Origin: Macrostomum lignano
Lineage: Eukaryota
Assembly: GCA_002269645.1 (NCBI GenBank)
Contig: NIVC01000268.1
Coordinates: forward strand, 531,647-595,646
DNA: 64,000 bases
Direction of reading: 5' to 3'
Shown here: positions 1 through 10,700 of the stretch, one piece after another
How positions within the stretch are numbered: the stretch's first letter is position 1
How the letters are laid out: each line of letters begins with the position of its first letter
The notes under the pieces: generated by a model
What the model saw: only the letters and a program-made list of their open reading frames with translations
The model's database searches: none
What the model was told of the DNA's origin: nothing
Position numbers and translations under genes: made by a program

Positions 1-169
1 TATTTTTCAATATTTTCATCCGAATAACTGATGCCAACAATACCAGTAATTGAACTCGCATGTAAATTATTTTGTTCGGTATTTTCGAAATAAGTTTTTT
101 GTTAATAATTCTTCATCGCTGTTCGATATATTCGTATTTTCTGTTTTTCGTTTTTCAGTATTTTTTAGT

Positions 170-180
170 AGAGGGGCGGG
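170..180 (+). other. Polypurine tract (PPT) of an LTR retrotransposon
   Basis: AGAGGGGCGGG directly abuts the TGTGAC start of the LTR at 181. Confidence 0.7.
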
Positions 181-824
181 TGTGACAGTGTGATTCGTAG
201 AATCGCGTGTATCGTATTTCTTTATTTTCATATGCATACCGTATTCTTTCATTTATTTTAACAATATTCGTACGTATTATTATCGCGCTATTTTTACTGT
301 TAATTGCTTTGTTTTTTGTAGCCTCTTATGTATTTATTCTATTATTTGTATTTCATTCATATCGTTATTATTTATCGTAAAGTAGTCCTACCTATGTACA
401 TGTACTGACGTATGTTATTCTTGTATGATATTTATCGATTAATTTGTACATGTACATTTCGCCTGAGTGGGGTTTGTCTGGTTTTTGGATTAAGCTTGTT
501 ATCTTGTTTACTCACCAATTATAAAAATACACTTGCAGTCAGCGGCCGCTCTCTCCTTTTGCTTCGTCGCTTCGCTTCTCGCTCTAAGCTTGCGGGTCCC
601 TTAGCTGTCTGGCCTCTTTACCTTAACCCTCTACCGCCTGCCTCAGCCCACCCGCCAATCAACTGAATCCTGACCGGCCCTTGCTAGGCGCATCAAATTA
701 AGTACCAATCCAAATATACTAAATCTGCAAATTCACGCTAAGGATAAAATCGGCTGCTGATCTGCTGGATCGTAGATTAATCCCAATTATCCGCTACACA
801 AAGTCTTCCGCTTTATTCGTCACA
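181..824 (+). mobile_element. 3' long terminal repeat (644 bp) of an LTR retrotransposon whose body lies left of the window
   Basis: Starts TGTGAC (181) and ends GTCACA (819-824), a 6-bp terminal inverted repeat with TG...CA ends. Preceded by a PPT. Internal TATAAAA at 520-526. The 5' LTR and TSD are outside the window. Confidence 0.7.
515..545 (+). promoter_or_regulatory. Putative LTR core promoter (TATA box)
   Basis: CCAAT-TATAAAA at 515-526, followed by a switch from T-rich to GC-richer sequence, as expected at a U3/R boundary. Confidence 0.4.
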
Positions 825-1366
825 AGTATTTTGTACTTTTTTATCGCGTTCAAACAAAAAGTATCACTAAAACAATTTTTTGTTTCAAGTATGCTCGCAA
901 AAGTTCTACCTTTTTGTGTGAACTGCAGTCTGTAACAGCTTTTTTTATTTCGTAAATTAGCATTCATTTCAGATAATATTTTTAGATTAGATTTGCTAGA
1001 AATCTGGGTAGGGTTACGGAATGTATGAGGAGATATAATATATTGCATATTCAGTGGAGTTTTAATATTTTGCACGTTTGTTTAAACTTTTTAACGTGTG
1101 TGTCGTTGACGTTCAGCTTCTGAATAGAGTTCAATTACCTAGATTTTCTATCAATTTACTTCCATCTATCTAAAGCTTCGCATAAAAGTATTAGGAAGTA
1201 GTCTTATTTTGTATCTCTAATTATAATGGCCGAAAAAATCAAGTATATATAATTTTAGGCCACTGAAATACATCTTCGTAGACTTTGTTATGCTATATTA
1301 GAATTACTTAAAAACCACTCATTTTTTTATCTATTGCAGTCCGATTAAAAAATCAAAGTTTTAACC

Positions 1367-3016
1367 ATGTCAGAAGAAGTTCAGAAATCATGCGAATCTC
1401 GTCTCTGTGGACACCAGTCTTGTGGAACTAGTCCGTACAGCGGACTGCTTCTGTGCCAGACTCACCTGGACAAAGACATCAAGCTTGTTGGCAATATAAA
1501 GACCGAGCTGATGCAGAAGCTTCAATTTGTGATGACTTCCGAGCACAGGTCTCTGCTCAGAGCCGAGCAGAGTTCACTGGAAGCTGAGCTGCAGGAGGTC
1601 AGTGACGCATTTGACGCCCTGCAAGAGCAGGTGCAGCAGTGGCGAGAACGGACGATGTCTCGAGTGCAGGCGGCACACGACTCGGTTGCTAGCAGACTCA
1701 GAGATGCAGCCGAAGCGGAAGACTGTTCGAAGGAAGTGTCGGAGGCCAGTGATGCTGGAGACTGGAAAAAAGTGATGCAGCTGACGTATTCGTTTCGAAT
1801 GTGGGCCGAAGAGGCGCAAGAGCGATCGGAAAGCTTTGATCAGAGGCGCTCAGAACTTTTCCTTCGTCAGAGCTCGGATTATCCCAATGCTTCATCTAAC
1901 CTGATCAATAAATTCGGCATGCGCTCAGTTGGTGACGTGACGTCAGGTGTGCAGAATCTGCAGTTTGTCATTGACAGGCATATGTCTGAAGTCGTTAAAC
2001 ACTGTTGGCTTGATATTGAGAATTCAGGCACAACTGACAGACACAAACCGCCTCAGATATGTCGGTCAGTTGCATCAGTAGAAAATCTTCCTGGAAGGCC
2101 CAGCTGTCTTGCAGTTTGCACCAACACTGCCGGATTCGTTGGCGACTCGTCTGGCTGCGTTGCTAAATCTGAGTCAGCTGATTCTGGTTCTGAGCCACTG
2201 CCACAGCCCTGCGTCTTTGTTGGCTTTTATGCCCAAGTGCAAGATGAACAATCCGAGTCTGAAGTGGAAGTGGAACCTGTTGATTATATTCTTGCTATAT
2301 CTCTTGATGGAGATCTGAGGTTGAAGTGTCGTTTCAACTTGACTGGCTTTGAATGGCAATCGGATATTTGGGACTTGCACTGTGACAGTGAGCGGCAACT
2401 TCTGTATGTTTCTCAGCCTAGCTGTGTAGCTGTCGTCAATCTTAGTGGTGCGGTGTATGAAGCTATCATAGCTGATAGTTTCAATGATCTAGATATTCAA
2501 TTTGGCTTCATTGACGGTAATCAAGACAAATTGTGCACCTTTCACGACCGAAACCTATTTTCGCTTTCTAAGAATGATTTGAGTTCTGATGGCATTGTAA
2601 GCACTTCCTGCTCTTTTGAACCTAAGTCACCCGACGCTAATGGATTTCTTGTACTAGCTGGAAAAAATATTCACATTTCTCGTGATAGCAATATCAGTAT
2701 ACTGTGCAGAATCAGCTGTCAATTGCTAAGCGTGTATTCCACAATTCGGACTGTTCCTGACCAATTTAACCTAAATGGCCTGGCTGTTGACAGCAGGAGT
2801 GTGAGGTTCTTTAGTAGTACTGTTTACCATACGGTAACTGTTTTGGATTGTTTTGCTAATGTTCTGCAGACTCTTGGATCCGTTAGCAAGCCTGGAACTG
2901 ACGAAGAGTCTTTCAATTCGCCTGGTGCGCTTTGCATTGCAGAGCTGGCAGACAGCAGGCGCCTGATTGTTTCTGATGAGAATAATCGACGGCTACGAGT
3001 GTACGAAGTCCTGTGA
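1367..3016 (+). CDS. Intronless TRIM-NHL-like protein (B-box-like Cys/His motif, coiled coil, C-terminal NHL/beta-propeller), 549 aa
   Basis: N-terminal CESRLCGHQSC...LCQTH; heptad-rich helical region at about aa 40-165; C-terminal FNSPGALCI...LIVSDENNRRLRVY is a typical NHL repeat. Splice acceptor TTTTTTTATCTATTGCAG lies about 27 nt upstream of the ATG. Confidence 0.75.
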   Translation: MSEEVQKSCESRLCGHQSCGTSPYSGLLLCQTHLDKDIKLVGNIKTELMQKLQFVMTSEHRSLLRAEQSSLEAELQEVSDAFDALQEQVQQWRERTMSRVQAAHDSVASRLRDAAEAEDCSKEVSEASDAGDWKKVMQLTYSFRMWAEEAQERSESFDQRRSELFLRQSSDYPNASSNLINKFGMRSVGDVTSGVQNLQFVIDRHMSEVVKHCWLDIENSGTTDRHKPPQICRSVASVENLPGRPSCLAVCTNTAGFVGDSSGCVAKSESADSGSEPLPQPCVFVGFYAQVQDEQSESEVEVEPVDYILAISLDGDLRLKCRFNLTGFEWQSDIWDLHCDSERQLLYVSQPSCVAVVNLSGAVYEAIIADSFNDLDIQFGFIDGNQDKLCTFHDRNLFSLSKNDLSSDGIVSTSCSFEPKSPDANGFLVLAGKNIHISRDSNISILCRISCQLLSVYSTIRTVPDQFNLNGLAVDSRSVRFFSSTVYHTVTVLDCFANVLQTLGSVSKPGTDEESFNSPGALCIAELADSRRLIVSDENNRRLRVYEVL

Positions 3017-3352
3017 AGAATTTCTGAATCTCTCGATGTTTCACGGTCTTTTGTTGCAATTTGTGTATAATTTGACACTAGCTAAGAGCCTACTTGTGTT
3101 TGTGAAGCAATGATTGTTGGCCGCTGTGGGCGCCCATTAGCATTAAAGTGACAACCTAGCGGTATACTGTATACATAAAATCGGAAGTGTGGCAATTTAA
3201 AATAGCTAACTAACATTCCATAAAGTCTCGAGTAAGATTATAAGGAATGCAAATGCGCGACACTAGTCCATTAATATCCATGCTTTAAGGGCGTTAATGG
3301 GAAAATCAGAGGGCGCCTCTGATTTCGCATTGGCGCCCGCAAAGCATGGGTA

Positions 3353-4825
3353 CACCATTTTACCCTCGATTTTGAACAAGGAGAACTTCGAAACTGACAA
3401 ACTCCTCTTCAATATTGACACTCTATGGTCGGGCACTCAAAATCTACAATCAATATTGACAGATCAAGCTCCATTTTTTGACAAACTCCGGTTCAATTTT
3501 GACAATGCACGTTTAGTCAACTTCTCCTGGGAGAATTCGGTAACAAAGTAATCCAATGAAAGCTTGAACGGGGCTGAAGGGAGCTGTGCAAAATCAGCTT
3601 ATTCTGACTTTGCTTTTTGGATCTACAAGTATTGATAAAATTTATTTTTCTCTATCCTTTACACACACAGACTAAAATAGCCTGACTGGTTGGGCTGCAA
3701 AGTCCGATTCTATTTTGACAGAGTTGCTTCAAAACTGACACTCTATGGTTTGTGTACCTAAAAAGTCCGCTTCATTTTTGACAACTCCGAATCAATATTG
3801 AACAGTTAACAATCGATTTTGACTAAGACATTTTTAAAAATAGATTTTGACAAATTTGACTAAGATTTCTCTCTTGAGGGGGGTACTTGCTATTTGGGAG
3901 AGGGGGTGCTGGCTGCATGGATCTGCGAGTACATGTGTGGGAGTCTTTCTATCCAGGTATGCTTGCTATCTGCAGGATGCTTGCTACCTGGATGATGCTT
4001 GGTATCTGCAAGATGCTTGCTATCTGGGGGATGCTTGCTATCTGCAGGATGCTTGCTATCTGGGTGGATGCTTGCTATCTGGGTGGATGCTTGCTATCTG
4101 GGTAGATGCTTCTATCTGGGTGCACGCTTGCTATCTGGGTGGATGCTTGCTGTCTTGGGATGTTAAATGACCGGCCTTTTGTTAGAGTCCCTTGAGAGAG
4201 CAGGGACTCTAGCAAGCATACCTGGATAGAGGGATTCCCATACATGTACTCGTGGATCCGTGCAGCCAGTACCCCCTCTCCCAAATAGCAAGTACCCCCC
4301 TCAAGAGAGAAATCTTAGTCAAAATTGTCAAAATCTATTTTTAAAAATGTCTTAGTCAAAATCGATTGTTAACTGTTCAATATTGATTCGGAGTTGTCAA
4401 AAATGAAGCGGACTTTTTAGGTACACAAACCATAGAGTGTCAGTTTTGAAGCAACTCTGTCAAAATAGAATCGGACTTTGCAGCCCAACCAGTCAGGCTA
4501 TTTTAGTCTGTGTGTGTAAAGGATAGAGAAAAATAAATTTTATCAATACTTGTAGATCCAAAAAGCAAAATCAGAATAAGCTGATTTTGCACAGCTCCCT
4601 TCAGCCCCGTTCAAGCTTTCATTGGATTACTTTGTTACCGAATTCTCCCAGGAGAAGTTGACTAAACGTGCATTGTCAAAATTGAACCGGAGTTTGTCAA
4701 AAAATGAAGCTTGATCTGTCAATATTGATTGTAGATTTTGAGTGCCCGACCATAGAGTGTCAATATTGAAGAGGAGTTTGTCAGTTTCGAAGTTCTCCTT
4801 GTTCAAAATCGAGGGTAAAATGGTG
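3353..4825. mobile_element. Non-autonomous foldback/MITE-like DNA transposon with 616-bp terminal inverted repeats
   Basis: 3353-3968 is the reverse complement of 4210-4825 (ends CACCATTTTACCCTCGAT / ATCGAGGGTAAAATGGTG). TA on both sides (3351-52, 4826-27) fits a Tc1/mariner-type TSD. The arms carry internal subrepeats (TTTGACAA, GACACTCTATGG). No transposase ORF. Confidence 0.85.
3958..4160. repeat. 18-19 bp minisatellite (GGATGCTTGCTATCTGGG) in the foldback spacer
   Basis: About 10 tandem copies that grow out of the inner end of the left arm. Confidence 0.85.
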
Positions 4826-4832
4826 TATTACT

Positions 4833-5030
4833 ATTATTGTACCATAGACATTTGTGTCCTTGGCAAAGTGGGACAGAATAATCGGGCGTTAAATGTCATT
4901 AACTGCCCGCTAATTTGCATTAAAGTAAGTTTAAAGCAATAAAGTCCTGCAAGCGGGCTTAAATGTAGTCTATGGCATTAAAAGGCAAGAATAAGTGCCC
5001 AGCGGGCACAAAGGTCATTGTACAATACTA
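4833..5030. mobile_element. Possible older small MITE adjacent to the foldback element
   Basis: Imperfect ~25-bp inverted ends: TATTGTACCATAGACATTTGTGTCC versus the reverse complement of GGGCACAAAGGTCATTGTACAATA. Internal GGGC/CATTAAA subrepeats. Confidence 0.3.
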
Positions 5031-5518
5031 CTGTCATATGCGTGGAATTTAGTAGCTTTTAACCATGAATGTTAAACAATTATCGTGAAAAGCATTTGCT
5101 TTGGCGTCTAATTTACATAACTTTTTAATTGAAGTTACAAAATTTATATTCTACAAAATTTAACGTGTTTAAAAGCACAACTCTGAACATTCCACTTCAC
5201 CGCGATGTCAATCTGTTTTTTCATTAAAATAACAAACTTTTAATTGCTGTGCCCTTATACGGGTAGTTTTTCTACATGATGATAGTAACATTACTAGCTT
5301 ATTCTAAACTTCCGTACGCGTATGAGGCTTAAGCTACAAGATTCAACTTAATTTTTGGAGTTGGGCACTGCATGTGTGTAACTATATAGCCAATTATTGT
5401 TTTATTTTTTTAGAAGCTAACCACATTATTTTTTCAAATATTTGCTTCGTTCAAAATAATTATCTGCGTTCGCTATTTTAATTATTATTAAATAAAATAT
5501 ATTTAAATGACTAAATCC

Positions 5519-6856
5519 GTGTTAATTTCCTAACTATCTATTTGCTGACACCAAATAACTATATCCAAGTTGACAACTGGACTTTATCGATCAGAGTGTT
5601 AATTTCCTAACTATCTATTTGCTGACACCAAATAACTATATCCAAGTTGACAACTGGACTTTATCGATCAGAGTGTTAATTTCCTAACTATCTATTTGCT
5701 GACACCAAATAACTATATCCAAGTTGACAACTGGACTTTATCGATCAGAGTGTTAATTTCCTAACTATCTATTTGCTGACACCAAATAACTATATCCAAG
5801 TTGACAACTGGACTTTATCGATCAGAGTGTTAATTTCCTAACTATCTATTTGCTGACACCAAATAACTATATCCAAGTTGACAACTGGACTTTATCGATC
5901 AGAGTGTTAATTTCCTAACTATCTATTTGCTGACACCAAATAACTATATCCAAGTTGACAACTGGACTTTATCGATCAGAGTGTTAATTTCCTAACTATC
6001 TATTTGCTGACACCAAATAACTATATCCAAGTTGACAACTGGACTTTATCGATCAGAGTGTTAATTTCCTAACTATCTATTTGCTGACACCAAATAACTA
6101 TATCCAAGTTGACAACTGGACTTTATCGATCAGAGTGTTAATTTCCTAACTATCTATTTGCTGACACCAAATAACTATATCCAAGTTGACAACTGGACTT
6201 TATCGATCATAGTGTTAATTATCTGGCCTCTATGGGTCAAATCCGTGTTAATTTCCTAACTATCTATTTGCTGACACCAAATAACTATATCCAAGTTGAC
6301 AACTGGACTTTATCGATCAGAGTGTTAATTTCCTAACTATCTATTTGCTGACACCAAATAACTATATCCAAGTTGACAACTGGACTTTATCGATCAGAGT
6401 GTTAATTTCCTAACTATCTATTTGCTGACACCAAATAACTATATCCAAGTTGACAACTGGACTTTATCGATCAGAGTGTTAATTTCCTAACTATCTATTT
6501 GCTGACACCAAATAACTATATCCAAGTTGACAACTGGACTTTATCGATCATAGTGTTAATTATCTGGCCTCTATGGGTCAAATCCGTGTTAATTTCCTAA
6601 CTATCTATTTGCTGACACCAAATAACTATATCCAAGTTGACAACTGGACTTTATCGATCAGAGTGTTAATTTCCTAACTATCTATTTGCTGACACCAAAT
6701 AACTATATCCAAGTTGACAACTGGACTTTATCGATCAGAGTGTTAATTTCCTAACTATCTATTTGCTGACACCAAATAACTATATCCAAGTTGACAACTG
6801 GACTTTATCGATCATAGTGTTAATTATCTGGCCTCTATGGGTCAAATCCGTGTTAA
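5519..6856. repeat. 77-bp tandem repeat (16 near-identical units) with a recurring 33-bp linker
   Basis: Units start at 5519, 5596, 5673 and so on. The pattern is 9 units + linker, 4 + linker, 3 + linker, with identical linkers at 6212, 6553 and 6817. Confidence 0.95.
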
Positions 6857-7763
6857 AGTGTCGTTACGAGCTAAACTTTAGGTCCAACCCCGAGGCACAC
6901 TGGCACAATGAAGTGTACATATCTAACAGTTGGAAATCCAGAGCCGCTGTGCATCCTGTGTGAGCATGTGTATGTCATGAGTGCGTGCCTTCGTAAAGTA
7001 CTGGCGCGCTTTGTATGTGTTCACCGTGTAATTGACACCCTGACTCTTACTCCGACGAGTAAGACTGACTCTCGTATTGCTTTAGCAATTGTCGCAAAAA
7101 CCAAAACTATTTGCACAAATGGAATGATCTTTCTTAATTCTTTCTCAAGCTCTCATATTTTAAAGGAGTTTGTTGAGTATGGCTTATACTCGTAGCTGGG
7201 CGACTGGCTGTAGTTCAGAATTCTCAATTTTTGTACATAAGAAGAAAAAGCCCTTAGTAGCGTATTTCCAAAGAGTATTCAAATCAAAGTCTAGGGATTT
7301 TTTCTGATAAAAATTGCAAGATCGACTCTTCCAAAGCCCCCTTTCAAACTAACTTAATTGGTCAATTGGTTTCTGACTTTGACCCTAGCTTTACAGTAAG
7401 TTTTGTACGATCTCTATTAAAGAGCCACTAATGGAAATTTCCAGACTACTTGAAGTAAACAGCCTGTTTGACCTTGCGTCCAAGTCTGGTTGACTATTTT
7501 TGCGCATAAAGTGGTTTGTAAAGATTTTTAAAGATATAAAGATTTCGTTGGTCTTTGGAGGCAGATCAAAGCTCGTAAAATGATGGCTTAGCAATTTGCA
7601 GGCTATAGGGTCATAGAACAAAACTTTCTCTTCATTTCAGTTTAGCCTAAAATTTATGTGAACCTGTGTTCATAAACATTTTCATATGCTATTTAACAAC
7701 TTAGGTTTCGAAAGCTAAATTGCAAAGTTTTGCGTGCAGATGTAGCAATCAAACAAATTCAAA

Positions 7764-10700
7764 ATGAACGACCATTTGATTTTATTATTCGCTGTTTTAA
7801 TCGCCGGAAGTCTGGTCTGGCCTAGCGGCACTGCTCAGCTACATTTGACACCAACTCAGAGGCCGAATTTCATAATCATCTTGACAGATGATCAAGACAG
7901 CCTGTTGGGTGAGTGAAGAAATACGGAATTCATTAATTGAGAATTCTGTAGGTTCACCTAGCCCTGAAATCTCCCCCGATAATCTCACCTGCCCATGAGA
8001 ATCTCTCCCCGATAATCTACCCCTGAGAATCTCCCCCGATAACTTCGCCTACCCATGAGAATCTCCCCCGATAATCTACCCCTGAGAATCTCGCCCGATA
8101 ATCTCGCCTACCCCTGAGAATCTCCCCCGATAATATATCTCACCTACCCATGAGAATCTCTCCCCCGATAATATATCTCACCTACCCATGAGAATCTCTC
8201 CCCCGATAATCTACCCCTGAGAATCTCCCCCAATAATCTCGCCTACCCCTGAGCATCTCTCCCCCGATAATATATCTCACCTACCCATGAGAATCTCTCC
8301 CCCGATAATCTACCCCTGAGAATCTCCCCCAATAATCTCGCCTACCCCTGAGCATCTCTCCCCCGATAATATATCTCACCTACCCATGAGAATCTCTCCC
8401 CCGATAATCTACCCCTGAGAATCTCCCCCAATAATCTCGCCTACCCCTGAGAATCTCTCCCCCGATAATATATCTCACCTACCCATGAGAATCTCTCCCC
8501 CGATAATCTACCCCTGAGAATCTCCCCCGATAATCTCGCCTACCCCTGAGAATCTCTCCCCCGATAATATATCTCACCTACCCTTGAGAATCTCTCCCCG
8601 ATACTCTACCCCAGAGAATCTCCCCCGATAATCTCGCCTACCCATGAGAATCTCTCCCCCGATAATCTCACCTACCCATGAGAATCTCTCCCCCGATAAT
8701 CTCACCTACCCATGAGAATCTCTCCCCCGATATTCTATCCCTGAGAATCTCCCCCGATAATCTCGCCTACCCCTGAGAATCTCTCCCCCGATAATATATC
8801 TCACCCACCCTTGAGAATCTCTCCCCCGATACTCTACCCCAGAGAATCTCCCCCGATAATCTCGCCTACCCATGAGAATCTCTCCCCCGATAATCTACCA
8901 CTGAGAATCTCCCCCGATAATCTCGCCTACCCCTGAGAATCTCTCCCCCGATAATATATCTCATCTACCCCTGAGAATCTCTCCCCCGATAATCTCACCT
9001 ACCCCTGAGAATCTCTCCCCCGATAATCTCACCTACCCTTGAGAATCTCTCCCCCGATAATCTCACCGACCCTCGAGAATCTCTCTCCGATTATCTCACC
9101 TACCCCGGAGAATCTCGATTTCCCCCGATAATCTCATCTACCCTGAGAATCTCTCCCCAGATCATCTCACCTACCCCTGAGAATCTCTCCCGCAATAATC
9201 TCACCTGAGAATCTCCCCTGATAATCCTTCCCCCAATAATGTAACCTATCGCTGAGAATCCCTCCCGATTATCTTATCTACCCCCGAGAATCTCCCCCGA
9301 TTATCTCACCTACCCTTGAGAATCTCTCCCCTGATTATCACACCTACATTTGAAAGTCTCCCCCTGATCTTCTCACTTGCCACTGAGAGTTGCCGCAATC
9401 TTAAGAGCTTTGATGGTATCATTGGCAGTACAGAATGTTTAAGGACATTTAGTGTCAGTTATAAAAATAGAAAACTTTCCTGTCGCTAATATACTTTAAG
9501 GAGAATCAAATAATTGGGTCTTGATGAATAACATTGTTAAACTTTAACAGGCAGCCTCGAGGTGATGCCCCATCTGAAGCGACACCTCACCGACAGAGGA
9601 GTCAACATGCAGCGAGCATTCGTCACCACTCCAGTGTGCTGTCCATCCCGATCCTCCATGCTCACTGGCCAGTACGTGCACAACCATCGCGTGTTCACCA
9701 ACAATGAGAACTGCACCTCGGCGACTTGGCGTCGACAGCACGAACCCGCGACCTTTGGCAAACAGTTAAATGACGCCGGTTATCGAACTGCGTATATTGG
9801 AAAATACCTGAACAAGTGCGTTCAATATTAACAGCTGAAGGTTTGTAGGCACCCTGGCGTAACGCCTTCTGCCTATTCTGCTGAATCCTGAGCACATTTA
9901 AGTGTCCCCAATACTGTACGCGGGCACACACGCGGGCACACAATGAATGTGGCGCGAGAGTCAGCACCCAACAAGTTCGTTTTGATTTTTAGCCATTTGT
10001 GTACTGTCTGAATGTGTTTAATGAAAAATGCAATTGCTTTTACTTTTAGTAGTTGAAAACATATTTGCTAGAATTTTAATATAATATTATTTAAAACATC
10101 CATCATCCATCTTTGGTTTGAGAATTTCATTCTTGAAAATCTGGATAATTTTTTTTGTCGTTGAGTATCTAAATTGTCTCAGAATTTTAAGATGATACAT
10201 TTCACCTCGGATAATCTCAAACATCTATCATTATAACTCTCATAGAGATTTCACTCCTAATTATCTCATTCGAGAATACTGCCGTGGTCGGCAGGAATTT
10301 CATCCTTGCCAATCTAAGAATCTCACCTCAGCGACGATTTCAACCATGAGAATCTCAACCTTGAGAATCTCAACCCTGAGAATCTCAACCCTGAGAATCT
10401 CAACCCTGAGAATCTCAACCCTGAGAATCTCAACCCTGAGAATCTCAACCCTGAGAATCTCAACCCTGAGAATCTCAACCCTGAGAATCTCAACCCTGAG
10501 AATCTCAACCCTGAGAATCTCAACCCTGAGAATCTCAACCCTGAGAATCTCAACCCTGAGAATCTCAACCCTGAGAATCTCAACCCTGAGAATCTCAACC
10601 CTGAGAATCTCAACCCTGAGAATCTCAACCCTGAGAATTTCACTATGATAATCTTTACCTTAAAATCTCACAAAGAGATTTGCATATTTCTCGCTTATTA

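Noticed and set aside
690-790. U6-like snRNA (ATATACTAAA)
   Set aside because: Only a short match with no ACAGAGA box; the region is better explained as LTR R/U5.
5519-6856. CRISPR-like repeat/spacer array or tandem SL/sn RNA genes
   Set aside because: The linkers are identical rather than unique, there are no cas genes, the context is eukaryotic, and I found no convincing Sm site, SL donor or C/D boxes in the unit.
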